Below are positions 50,890 to 60,144 of a stretch of 64,000 nucleotides of DNA, piece after piece; the first letter of the stretch is position 1; every line of letters starts with the position of its first letter. Origin of the DNA: an uncultured bacterium (GTDB lineage: Bacteria; Babelota; Babeliae; Babelales; Vermiphilaceae); NCBI GenBank assembly GCA_963701085.1, contig OY969561.1:288001-352000 (forward strand), written 5' to 3'. Below the pieces are notes generated by a model. The model was not told where the DNA came from, searched no databases, and saw nothing but the letters and a program-made list of their open reading frames with translations. A program made the translations under genes and the position numbers.

Positions 50890-50908
50890 ATTACCACTTC
50901 AATGCACA

Positions 50909-51136
50909 CCCTTCGATACATTTTTGCAGGCAAAAACACTCAGGGCGAGCGGTCCTTCGCTACATTTCGAAGACGAAATACTCAGGATGAGCGGAAGAAA
51001 AAAGATTATAATACCAAACCGCTCGCCCTGATCCATCGATACGTTTTGAAGACAAAACACTCAGGATGAACGGAAGAAAAAATAATACCAAACCGCTCGC
51101 CCTGAGTGTTTTTGCTTGCAAAAATGTATCGAAGGG
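50909..51136. repeat. Cluster of five family A arms downstream of the GIY-YIG gene
   Basis: Arms at 50909-50952, 50953-50994, 51019-51031 (partial), 51032-51073 and 51093-51136. Confidence 0.92.
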
Positions 51137-51149
51137 TGCGGATTAATTA

Positions 51150-51440
51150 TCATCTGTTAAATTTTTTCTTTGCTGATAATGAAAGATCTGCCCAATTTCC
51201 TTTAATTAATGCCTCTTTTTTACGTCGGTTCCATTTTTTTATTTGACGTTCAGCATGAAATGCTTCATCTCGGGTCCCAAAGGATTGCACAAACACAATT
51301 TCTATAGGTAAGCGATGGGAAGTATAGCCATTATATTCACTCAGATGGTGTTCAGAAATTCGTTTTTCAATATTATCAGTATGTCCAACATAATAAGAAT
51401 CATCACTACATTTTAAAATATAAGTAAAAAAATCGCTCAT
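51150..51440 (-). CDS. Small GIY-YIG nuclease (UPF0213/YhbQ-like)
   Basis: YILKCSDDSYYVGHT..R..EH..YT..RLP..ERQIKKW.R.KK.ALI; GAGG RBS. Confidence 0.92.
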   Translation of the reverse strand: MSDFFTYILKCSDDSYYVGHTDNIEKRISEHHLSEYNGYTSHRLPIEIVFVQSFGTRDEAFHAERQIKKWNRRKKEALIKGNWADLSLSAKKKFNR

Positions 51441-51483
51441 TTTACCTCAAAAACATTAATAAACACGTTATTTTTAATGTGCA

Positions 51484-51658
51484 CCCTTCGATACATTTTT
51501 GTAAGCAAAAACACTCAGGGCGAGCGGAGGGGGGACATGTATAATATCTTCCGTGTATTCTGAGTGCCCCATCAGGAGCGTATTGAAGGAACGCTCATTT
51601 CTTCCCGCTCATCCTGAGTGTTCTCCGAAGTTTTAACGTAGGAGAATGTATCGAAGGA
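51484..51658. repeat. Cluster of three family A arms upstream of the GIY-YIG gene
   Basis: Arms at 51484-51527, 51551-51590 (degenerate) and 51605-51658. Confidence 0.9.
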
Positions 51659-51663
51659 TAAAA

Positions 51664-52728
51664 CTACCATTTCAATGCACAAGGGTTGATTTTGCATTGA
51701 GCCATGCGGCGATCATTTTTTGTTTGAAGAAATGCGTCTTGGAAGTATTTTGCCCCGAGATAGAGGTACCATTCAAGATGGTTATTGAAAAATGGTTCTT
51801 CTTGTAATCCAACAATTGATGGAAAGTGTTCAGTGTCCACAATGCTCATATGATATTCATCGGTGTCTTTTTGGTGCTTAATAACAAAGTTGTCCGCGTG
51901 AGGATCAACAAACAGGTGGAGATCCATGCAAAGCTCCATGATAAGTTCGCTCTTTTGTTGGGATGATAATAGTGGTGCATTTTCTTTTATATCAATAGTA
52001 TCAGCAACGATAGCATAGACACTTGGCATAAGCGTGGATATCTCTTTTTTGCCACCGATGTTGTAGCCCTTAATTTCCATCCAACGATGTTTTTGAGGTA
52101 GCCAATACCATTTGCGTGGTGTTTTTATTTTACCATTCCAACGGGGATGGTCATCTATCTGTTTTTTCACTAATTCGAGATTTTTGACTCGGGTTAATCC
52201 TGCAATATGACGATTCATGCCACCAGACATGTAAAAAAAGAACTGGTTCTCAAATCCCTTGCAATAAGGATCGATAAATGATTTTGGTGTTTCCATGAAT
52301 AGTTTTAGGACAAATGGATAGTTTTTAAATTGCAATACCAACAGGCCGCATTTTTCTTTATAATTAAAATTTTTGTCTTGTAAGACTATAAAATGAGTGT
52401 ACAGTTTTTTCTGTTTTTTAAGTTCCCTAAGCAACCGCTCGATGCATGAATTGAGCTCGAGACAATTAAATGATGTGCTAGGGTCGTTTATATCATTGAT
52501 ACAATCAGTCGGCAGCATGTGATTGAAGAAATATTCTTTATTGAATGAGGTAAAGATTGGGTACTCTTTATACGCCCAATTGGTGTGAGAGATTACTTTT
52601 TTTACATTTTTCCATCCGATGGTTATTTTAGGCACATCCTTGTCTTTTTTTCTAAAAGGACTGCGCGCTAGCAGATTGGATGAAAAAGTTAAAAAAGTAC
52701 AAATAATGAGAAGTATGGCTCTTTTCAT
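51664..52728 (-). CDS. Putative secreted protein with kinase-like motifs
   Basis: Signal peptide; FVLKLF, DPHADNF and IVDTE motifs. Confidence 0.55.
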   Translation of the reverse strand: MKRAILLIICTFLTFSSNLLARSPFRKKDKDVPKITIGWKNVKKVISHTNWAYKEYPIFTSFNKEYFFNHMLPTDCINDINDPSTSFNCLELNSCIERLLRELKKQKKLYTHFIVLQDKNFNYKEKCGLLVLQFKNYPFVLKLFMETPKSFIDPYCKGFENQFFFYMSGGMNRHIAGLTRVKNLELVKKQIDDHPRWNGKIKTPRKWYWLPQKHRWMEIKGYNIGGKKEISTLMPSVYAIVADTIDIKENAPLLSSQQKSELIMELCMDLHLFVDPHADNFVIKHQKDTDEYHMSIVDTEHFPSIVGLQEEPFFNNHLEWYLYLGAKYFQDAFLQTKNDRRMAQCKINPCALKW

Positions 52729-53032
52729 GGTCTTAGCTCTTTATCTTCGGTCATTTTTATATGAATCTTATTTAGTATACCACAATCTAGAAAAAAGGCT
52801 TGCTGGAAGTTGCCAAATACTGTTTTTTGTTTCTATTTGGCAGATGTTGCTATAATTAACGGTCGTTTTGCTGGCAAACGACTATTTTTTTGTGGGCAAT
52901 TTTGGAATTATTGCTTAAAAAAAGGGGGTCATGGTAAAATAAATCAGTGCAATTTGAGAGTAGTTGCAGTTCAGGGTAAGGTGGGGTATGTTGTGAGAGA
53001 GAGTAGTAGGAGGATGGTGAGAAGGAGTAGTT

Positions 53033-53569
53033 ATGAAGCCAGAGTTGTTGATGTATCGAAACGCCCAAATTGCTGATAGTTTGAGGCGATTGCCGAGAAA
53101 AATGTTACAGCTACATGGTCTCGAAAACATGCCCGACTTTGTTTTGCATGAGCTGTGCAGTAGGGACTGTTTTAATCTACCAAAAGCGGCTTATTTTGTT
53201 GATAATCCCGCTTTTAATTGTTTAAAGGGTGTTGTAGGAGTTTCTGGAGCAGAATTGCAGGGTGTTGAAAATATTTGGACCAGTCCTGATCAATTTATTA
53301 AAACAATCGCTCAATCGCCATTTAATCAGAAGGTACGTGCTTTTACCTATGAGAGTCGTAAAAATCGTGGTCATTCGCCAGAAGAGATGGCGCAAACAAT
53401 TGCGCAGGAGCTTGGTCTGAATGATTATGGTTTTTATTCTTGGGATATGAAGCATGATAATCATGGGTTTGTAGTGTGTGAAAAGAATAAAGCAGAAGAT
53501 AGCGAGCATCCTCAGGATGATGTTATAGTTGATGGGCTTAGTTTATTGAGTTTTTGTCCCATTTATTAA
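53033..53569 (+). CDS. Hypothetical protein (possibly GAF-like fold)
   Basis: AGGAG RBS, clean 178-aa ORF. Confidence 0.7.
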   Translation: MKPELLMYRNAQIADSLRRLPRKMLQLHGLENMPDFVLHELCSRDCFNLPKAAYFVDNPAFNCLKGVVGVSGAELQGVENIWTSPDQFIKTIAQSPFNQKVRAFTYESRKNRGHSPEEMAQTIAQELGLNDYGFYSWDMKHDNHGFVVCEKNKAEDSEHPQDDVIVDGLSLLSFCPIY

Positions 53570-54738
53570 AAGTCTTCTTCAAAGGCAGCTAATCCGGGTA
53601 ATAACGTATCGCTGAGATAGGCCAATGCGGCACCCCCACCTGTAGAAAGATGATCAATTGATTGGTAGTTTTTGGTATCCAAGGCAATATCAACGGAATC
53701 ACCACCGGCAATGACAGTTTTTGCTGACGATTTGGCCATTGCATTGATAATGTTTTTGGTGCTTTCTTGTGTTTCTGGCCTACGAGCAAAGCCCATCGCG
53801 CAGTTTAAGAATATCGTTTTTGCCTGATTAATTTCTTGTGTTAAAAGTTCAACGGTTTTTGGGCCGATTGATATGCCAATCGCATCATCAGGGAATGTAG
53901 TTGCGGTGATAATGGAGAGTTTTCCGTCGAGTGTATTGTGAGCAATTTGATAATCAACAGGAAATAGGTAAGCAATGTCGGAGCTTTCAGCTTGAAGGAT
54001 GATTTTTTTGCATGTAGTGAGCATTGAATCATCAACCAGAGATTGTCCGATTGGTTTGCCTAATGTTTTGAGAAATGAAAAGCAGATGGCGGGGCACAAT
54101 GCAATCGCATCAACTTTTTTTAATAAGCTCTGAATAAGAGGAATTTTATCTTTTATTTTTCCGCCACCAAGAATTGCAATAAACGGACGTGGTGGATTTT
54201 TTTTGAGTATAGTGAGTGCGCGTAGCTCTTTTTCCATTAATAATCCAATACTGCGTCTATTTTCGGGAAATTCATAGGGTAACAATGAGACAGAACAATC
54301 ATTGCGCTGAATCACGCCAAAAGCATCATTGATATAAAAATGTGCACTGTTGGCAAGTTGTTTTGCAAAAAAAGGATCTCCATTTTTTTCCCCCGGGAAG
54401 AAGCGGAGATTTTCAAGTAAAAGAATGTGCTTGGGAACTGTTTGCATGGATGGGATGGTGGCGATATCTTTGACGAATGTGATTGAATAGCCATGTTGTT
54501 GAAACCATGGAATGAGGATTTGCGTGGAAAGTTCGGGCTCATTATGTGTTGGACGGCCAATATGCGTTGCCAAGATAATGTTGCCATTGTGGTTGAGAAT
54601 ATAATCTATTGTTGGAAGTATGCTTTTAAGGCGAAAATCGTTGGTGATTGTTCCATTGTTTAAAGGAACATTGAGATCAGCTCGAAGAAAAACTCTTTTG
54701 TTTTCCATTTTCCATTGTTGGAATGTTGTAGAGATCAT
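53566..54738 (-). CDS. pgk: Phosphoglycerate kinase
   Basis: RADLNVP, THIGRP, LLENLRF, NDAFG, GGDS and STGGGA motifs. Confidence 0.96.
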   Translation of the reverse strand: MISTTFQQWKMENKRVFLRADLNVPLNNGTITNDFRLKSILPTIDYILNHNGNIILATHIGRPTHNEPELSTQILIPWFQQHGYSITFVKDIATIPSMQTVPKHILLLENLRFFPGEKNGDPFFAKQLANSAHFYINDAFGVIQRNDCSVSLLPYEFPENRRSIGLLMEKELRALTILKKNPPRPFIAILGGGKIKDKIPLIQSLLKKVDAIALCPAICFSFLKTLGKPIGQSLVDDSMLTTCKKIILQAESSDIAYLFPVDYQIAHNTLDGKLSIITATTFPDDAIGISIGPKTVELLTQEINQAKTIFLNCAMGFARRPETQESTKNIINAMAKSSAKTVIAGGDSVDIALDTKNYQSIDHLSTGGGAALAYLSDTLLPGLAAFEEDF

Positions 54739-54741
54739 TTT

Positions 54742-55974
54742 TTATCCTTCAAAGCGTAAAACACGTGAGATATTAATAGCGCGAATGCGTTGTATTGGTA
54801 ACCATGTCGCAAAGAAACTAAAAAGAATAACAACACAGAAAACAGCGCAAACAATGTGGCCATTCATTACAACGGGTAGTTGTGTAACATAATACGTGTC
54901 TGGCAATGTAATGAATGGATATCGTTGCAATAGCCAACTTGCACAAACTGCAGCCAGTAAACCAAAAAATGATGCAATGCAACTGATTGTCATGCCGATG
55001 ATGAAGAAAATTGAACTGATTGAACGGTGAGACATTCCCATTGCTTTGAGAATGGCGATATCAGGACGCTTTTGGGTGATTTGCATAAACAGCAGTGAAA
55101 TAATATTCATGCTTGCAACCAGAAGTATGAGGGCGATAATAAAAAATGAAACATATTTTTCTAACTTTAACGTTGCAACAAGAGATGGATATAAATCTTT
55201 CCATGAATAGACATCGAGTCCAAGGCGATTGTGCAGTTTTTGTATAATGGTTTGTTCGTCAGTATAGGGAGCAAGAGAAATATTGATTTGTTCAATTTCT
55301 ATGTTGGGGAAAAGTTGTTCTAAAAATGGTAGTGAGCAATAGACAACACCGTTATCAAATTCATCAATTCCGGTATCAAAGATGCCGCTTACTATAGCTG
55401 GTTGCGAATCAAAAATAATTTTTTTACCACGTATTTGCCCATCGCGTAAAAAAAGAAGTTCTACCGTGTCGCCGATAGTAATTTCATTATTGCGTGCGAG
55501 TTGTTTGCCAATGATGATCTGATTGGTAGTAAATAATTGGGAAAATTCTATTGGTGAAGGGTTAATTATTTTTTTTGCTAAAGAGCTGGTTAACACTTCT
55601 GTTTCAGGATCAATTCCTTTAATCATTGCCACTATTGGTGTATCTTCTGATTGATCTTTGGTGCGCAATAATATGTGATGCGTAGCCATGGGAGAAAATG
55701 CATTGATTTCAGGAAATTCTTTGCGAAGTATTGGGGCAAGAACATCTTTATTAATACCGCTTTTGTATGATTGTATGATAAGGTTGGCATGGATGCCTTG
55801 CATTTTTTCATGAATAACAACTTCAAAGCCATTCATAATTGCCGTGACGAGCGCTAATGAAAACGAACCAATAAAAATACCAGCAAAGCAAATAATGGTC
55901 ATAGTAGAAATACTTTTTTGGTATACATGCGTGAATAATATGCGTTGAGCTAAAAAAAATGCTGTCATGTTCAT
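54742..55974 (-). CDS. LolC/E-type ABC transporter permease (MacB/FtsX family)
   Basis: AIMNGFE, periplasmic domain, VASMNIIS..IAILKAMG, and C-terminal LRFEG. Confidence 0.88.
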   Translation of the reverse strand: MNMTAFFLAQRILFTHVYQKSISTMTIICFAGIFIGSFSLALVTAIMNGFEVVIHEKMQGIHANLIIQSYKSGINKDVLAPILRKEFPEINAFSPMATHHILLRTKDQSEDTPIVAMIKGIDPETEVLTSSLAKKIINPSPIEFSQLFTTNQIIIGKQLARNNEITIGDTVELLFLRDGQIRGKKIIFDSQPAIVSGIFDTGIDEFDNGVVYCSLPFLEQLFPNIEIEQINISLAPYTDEQTIIQKLHNRLGLDVYSWKDLYPSLVATLKLEKYVSFFIIALILLVASMNIISLLFMQITQKRPDIAILKAMGMSHRSISSIFFIIGMTISCIASFFGLLAAVCASWLLQRYPFITLPDTYYVTQLPVVMNGHIVCAVFCVVILFSFFATWLPIQRIRAINISRVLRFEG

Positions 55975-56058
55975 GGCTGCTCACCTTTGTGCTTGTAAAG
56001 AATCATTGTTTTAATTAGGATACTAGTAACATTAAAGGTTACAAATAAAGAGAGGAAT

Positions 56059-56688
56059 ATGAAAGTATTAATGAAAATTCATACATTATCGAGTATCGTG
56101 ATGGTTTTGTTATTGTTGCCAAGCTGTGGAAGAGTGATTGATTGGGGTAACAGGACTTTTGCTCAGACACCATCATTGGATTCCAGTGTGACTGCTGCGC
56201 AGAAGTATATTCAGTCAGTGACATCGTATGATCAGTTAACAACGCGTGCACGTTTTGATGTGTTATGGTTATCAGATGATGTACGCATTAATTATGCAAA
56301 TTTGTACGCATTAAAATTTGGAAAAACTGAAGAGCAGAAGAAAATATTTTTACGACGACAACTTGAAGAAAATAATCATTTTATATCATTCTATGTATTA
56401 AGTTTATATGATCAACCGCTTGGTGATACCAATAGTGAATGGACGTTATTCTTAACTATTGATGATAAGCATTATGCGCCGATTGAGATCAAATCAGTAG
56501 AACTTTCCCCTGAATATATTTATATATTTGGTAAAAAATATAATAGATTTAAGGTTCCATACAGCGTAAAATTTGATACTAAAGATATTAATGATCAGTC
56601 TTTGATTACTGATGAAACGAACCATATTACTCTCCATTGTAGATCGCTCGGTTCAGAAGTTACATTTGTGTGGGACATTGCACATTAA
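56059..56688 (+). CDS. Putative lipoprotein
   Basis: Lipobox LPSC after a hydrophobic stretch. Confidence 0.7.
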   Translation: MKVLMKIHTLSSIVMVLLLLPSCGRVIDWGNRTFAQTPSLDSSVTAAQKYIQSVTSYDQLTTRARFDVLWLSDDVRINYANLYALKFGKTEEQKKIFLRRQLEENNHFISFYVLSLYDQPLGDTNSEWTLFLTIDDKHYAPIEIKSVELSPEYIYIFGKKYNRFKVPYSVKFDTKDINDQSLITDETNHITLHCRSLGSEVTFVWDIAH

Positions 56689-56703
56689 AAATGGAGATTG
56701 TGT

Positions 56704-57138
56704 ATGAAAATTGCTATTGGTGCTGATCATCGCGGTTTTTTGCATAAAGAGTTTATTAAAGAACATATGCCATCAATTGAATGGATTGATGTTGGCACGT
56801 ATAACCAGGATCGCACAGATTACCCCATTTTTTCTGACAAGGTTATTGATTTGATACATACTCGTGCTGTGCAACTAGGGGTGTTAATTTGTGCCTCTGG
56901 CGGTGGTATGGCGATAGCGGCAAATAGGAATAAACATATCTATGCTGTTGTTGCATGGAATGTTGACATTGCGCGGCAGTGTAAACAAGAAGATAATGCT
57001 AATGTTTTGGTGTTACCGTCTGATTTTGTTTCTTGTGATGATGCCGTTGTAATGATTACTGAGTGGCTTGCGCAAGAGTTTAAGGGTGGGCGGTATGCTG
57101 AGCGTATTGCAATGATTGACCCTTCGATACACCCCTGA
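56704..57138 (+). CDS. rpiB: Ribose-5-phosphate isomerase B
   Basis: IGADHRG, DYP, ICASGGGMAIAAN, NANVL and FKGGRY..R motifs. Confidence 0.93.
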   Translation: MKIAIGADHRGFLHKEFIKEHMPSIEWIDVGTYNQDRTDYPIFSDKVIDLIHTRAVQLGVLICASGGGMAIAANRNKHIYAVVAWNVDIARQCKQEDNANVLVLPSDFVSCDDAVVMITEWLAQEFKGGRYAERIAMIDPSIHP

Positions 57139-57260
57139 CGGGGCACTCAGGGTGATCGGGGGAGATGTATTTAGTCTTGGAGAGAGTGCATTTTATTTTA
57201 TGAGATTGTTACCATCCCGCTCGCCCTGAGTGTTTTTGTCCTCAAAAAAGTATCGAAGGG
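57120..57260. repeat. Family A doublet overlapping the rpiB 3' end
   Basis: cccttcgataca-cccctgacggg-cactcagggtgatcgg and ccgctcgccctgagtg..tatcgaaggg. Confidence 0.88.
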
Positions 57261-57289
57261 TAAAGCGGGGTAAAATAAATGTTTTATAA

Positions 57290-57326
57290 AAAAACAGACT
57301 TTCTGGATTTCAGAAAGTCTGTTTTT
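57290..57326. terminator. Bidirectional terminator
   Basis: aaaaacagactttctg-gattt-cagaaagtctgttttt. Confidence 0.8.
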
Positions 57327-57347
57327 GTTATTTATTCTGACGTTATC

Positions 57348-59909
57348 TTAGGCAATCGCTGGTTCTGCCCTATCATCTTCAAGTTCAGCAAGATCGTCAT
57401 TCGTGATGATTGATGTTTTGCCTTCAGCTTTATCAATAACTGCTTGTACTTCTTTATCATTCATGATTTTTTTATCCATGAGTTCATCAATGAGAGCGAT
57501 GAGTGCATCGTTATGATCTTGCAGAAGTTGCATAGCATCAACATGACATTGTTGCAGCAAGTTATATGCTTTGAGTTTTAACTCTTGTTTTACCTTTTTA
57601 GGAAGTGCATCTGGATTAAGGCCACCAAAAACAAGGTCTTCAATCAATTTGAATGCACGGTCACGACTGTGGCTATGGCAGGTAAAGCCGCATGATCCGA
57701 GCATCAATTCCTCAGCAGCAAAGCCAGCAATGAGCGTTGTTGCTTCATTGATGATGGTGGTTTCTTTTTTGACATTGATGGAGTCATGAGCTTGTCTTGT
57801 GGTGATACAACCATATTCAATTCTTTTTTGACGATCTTTTTCTTCTTTTTTCTCATAGTTTGCCCATACGCCTTCCTCTCTTAAATCATTCATGTGGGCA
57901 TGTATGGTAACTTTATCAAGTTGTGAATGTGTTTCAAGATGCATTGCGGCAAGGGCTCTGCCGGCAAAATGCGTTGCGATGATTCGTGTTTCATGCTCTG
58001 GAAGATCTTTGTGATCAGATGGTATGATATGATGTATTTCCGTATCAATACTATGCTCAAGGAGTTTTTGGGTTAATGATTCTCCATGGAGCCATGCACG
58101 TGTCATTGCATTGCGAATAATTGCTTTTAAATCTTCAAACGTTTTTTCATTTGTTTTATCTGCGAGAGCTTCAATATCAAATTGGCTAAGATCAAGAGCC
58201 ATGCTTCTGAGTTCACGTTTGATGTATTGGATGCGGTATTTTCTTGCAGGATAGTCAAAACAAATTTCTTTACCAAAGCGACCATTTTTACGGAGTGCTT
58301 GGTCGATGTTTTGAGGATTATTAGTTGCCGCTATAATAATAACCACTTTGGATGGATCTGCAGTCATGGAGTTTTGCATTGCGGTAAGGAAATCACTTAA
58401 GAGTTGATTGTTGCCAACGCGTTGGAGACCGAGCAAATCGATTTCATCAATAAATATCACCGCAGGCGCATTGGAGCTTACTTGATCAAGAATTTCTTTG
58501 ATTCCATATTTATTTACCAAAAACGCGTCTATGTTAAAGAATTTTATGGTGTCTGCTTTGCCACGTTTTTTCATCAAGAGTTCTATTTCACCGCAGAGAC
58601 AGTCAACGCTAAATGACTTACCGGTACGTGATGGTCCGGTAAGTAACCATCCTTTTTCTGGGGTAGCTTCAAGGCGCATGAGTTGTTCAGGATCATCGAT
58701 GTATTGAATAATTTGAGCAAACTGTTCTTTAACTTCATCAAGTCCAACCATATCTTTAAAGGTATAGGTTGGTTTTATTTGAGCAAGGCCAGTTCTTTGA
58801 ATGTTGCGATATTCTCCACCACGCAGGAAGTTCCATACAGCATCTCTTTTTTTAGCCAATGCAGGGTAAATGCTTTCATTCCAAACTGATTTTCCTTCCA
58901 TAAAAAGCATACCACCGACAAATGCTGCGATTGGTTCATTTCCCAATAAAAATTGTGAAATTGAATAATCCAAGAGTGCTATTCGGCCTGGATCACTCGT
59001 ACCAGGCTGAGTTGCGAATGGATTTGGAGCGCTACTGTGTTTTGACCCTATTGGACGTGGTAGACCGGTATGTGGGTCGCGTTCAAGAAGAGGAAAGGTT
59101 TTTTGCAAACCCATTATTAATGTATCGAGATATGTTTTCTGTTTTTCATCACTGGCATTTGGGCTTAAAATATTGCCCCCCCATTTGCAGAGGGAATAAC
59201 TTGTAACAAACGCTATTCCTGCACTATAAAGCGCGATGTTTGGAAGATTATATTTGTTTGCCGGCGTTACAACATATGTATCAACAGCACGGGCAACCTT
59301 GTTGTACCAGGTAAGGCCAATATTTTTTACGCTGTGCTTGAGTGCCGTAAGTTCTGTTTTAGTTTGTTTGAGGCCTTTTGTGAGTGATTCTTGTTTAAGA
59401 TGCTGGCCGTGTGATCTTGTTTGCCCTTTATTCATGTCAGAGACAAAGCGTTTCATGTTAAATGGCTTTGCGTCGGCAAAGCATTTTTTGATCTGATCGT
59501 TTAAGTAGGGTATGAAGGCGTTACAAAATTCGGTGATGATAAATGTATATTGTAAATGAGCGCGTGGATCTTGGGTGGCCATGAGTTCGTCTTGAGCGCT
59601 TAATAATCCGTTGACGATCATTTTGTTTTCAGTGAGCAGTTCCATTATTTCATGGAGTTTAGGCCCAGGGATGTTTAAGGAGCCTTTTCTGACTAAAAGG
59701 GCAACTTCCGTTAGGGTGTTTTCAATCTTTTGTAATGAGCTGAATGCCTTTACACAAGATTTTTCAGCAAATTCTATGATTTTTATGATTTCTGCTTGTT
59801 GTGCAGCAGTTAATGGTGCGTCTTGAGGTTCGTTTATTTCTGCTTGAATGATTGCGCTGAATGATAATGCGCAGAGGATGAGTGATTGTATCATTTTAAT
59901 CCGTTTCAT
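57348..59909 (-). CDS. FtsH-like AAA+ ATPase with degenerate M41 protease domain
   Basis: F.DMVGLDE.K, PEKGWLLTGPSRTGKS, IFIDEID, AATN, ALRKNGRF; HFAGR in place of HEAGH. Confidence 0.85.
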   Translation of the reverse strand: MKRIKMIQSLILCALSFSAIIQAEINEPQDAPLTAAQQAEIIKIIEFAEKSCVKAFSSLQKIENTLTEVALLVRKGSLNIPGPKLHEIMELLTENKMIVNGLLSAQDELMATQDPRAHLQYTFIITEFCNAFIPYLNDQIKKCFADAKPFNMKRFVSDMNKGQTRSHGQHLKQESLTKGLKQTKTELTALKHSVKNIGLTWYNKVARAVDTYVVTPANKYNLPNIALYSAGIAFVTSYSLCKWGGNILSPNASDEKQKTYLDTLIMGLQKTFPLLERDPHTGLPRPIGSKHSSAPNPFATQPGTSDPGRIALLDYSISQFLLGNEPIAAFVGGMLFMEGKSVWNESIYPALAKKRDAVWNFLRGGEYRNIQRTGLAQIKPTYTFKDMVGLDEVKEQFAQIIQYIDDPEQLMRLEATPEKGWLLTGPSRTGKSFSVDCLCGEIELLMKKRGKADTIKFFNIDAFLVNKYGIKEILDQVSSNAPAVIFIDEIDLLGLQRVGNNQLLSDFLTAMQNSMTADPSKVVIIIAATNNPQNIDQALRKNGRFGKEICFDYPARKYRIQYIKRELRSMALDLSQFDIEALADKTNEKTFEDLKAIIRNAMTRAWLHGESLTQKLLEHSIDTEIHHIIPSDHKDLPEHETRIIATHFAGRALAAMHLETHSQLDKVTIHAHMNDLREEGVWANYEKKEEKDRQKRIEYGCITTRQAHDSINVKKETTIINEATTLIAGFAAEELMLGSCGFTCHSHSRDRAFKLIEDLVFGGLNPDALPKKVKQELKLKAYNLLQQCHVDAMQLLQDHNDALIALIDELMDKKIMNDKEVQAVIDKAEGKTSIITNDDLAELEDDRAEPAIA

Positions 59910-60144
59910 AATCCATTACTCCTCGATTTAGCTGTTAATTTATTTATAAAAAAGTTACTAATAATACAAATTTAGCATTTTTTTTTGATTCTGTGAATTT
60001 TTTTGGCCTTAAAATGGCTGTTTTTGGCCGTTTTTGATGAAATAAATGCTAAGTCTGGCAAATTTAAATATGATTTTATTAAAAACATTGCAATTTGAAA
60101 ATTTTAAATGATATGATGAGGGTAGGAAAAACAAAGGTTAAAAA

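Noticed and set aside
50909-51136. CRISPR array
   Set aside because: Repeats are in mixed orientation with variable interiors, lack unique regular spacers, are dispersed across the window, and no cas genes are present.
53558-53569. CaaX-like ends CPIY (53033-53569), CFFF (39595-40905) and CRSL (28932-29720)
   Set aside because: The first protein has no signal peptide, the second end is a frameshift product, and the third is a poor aliphatic match.
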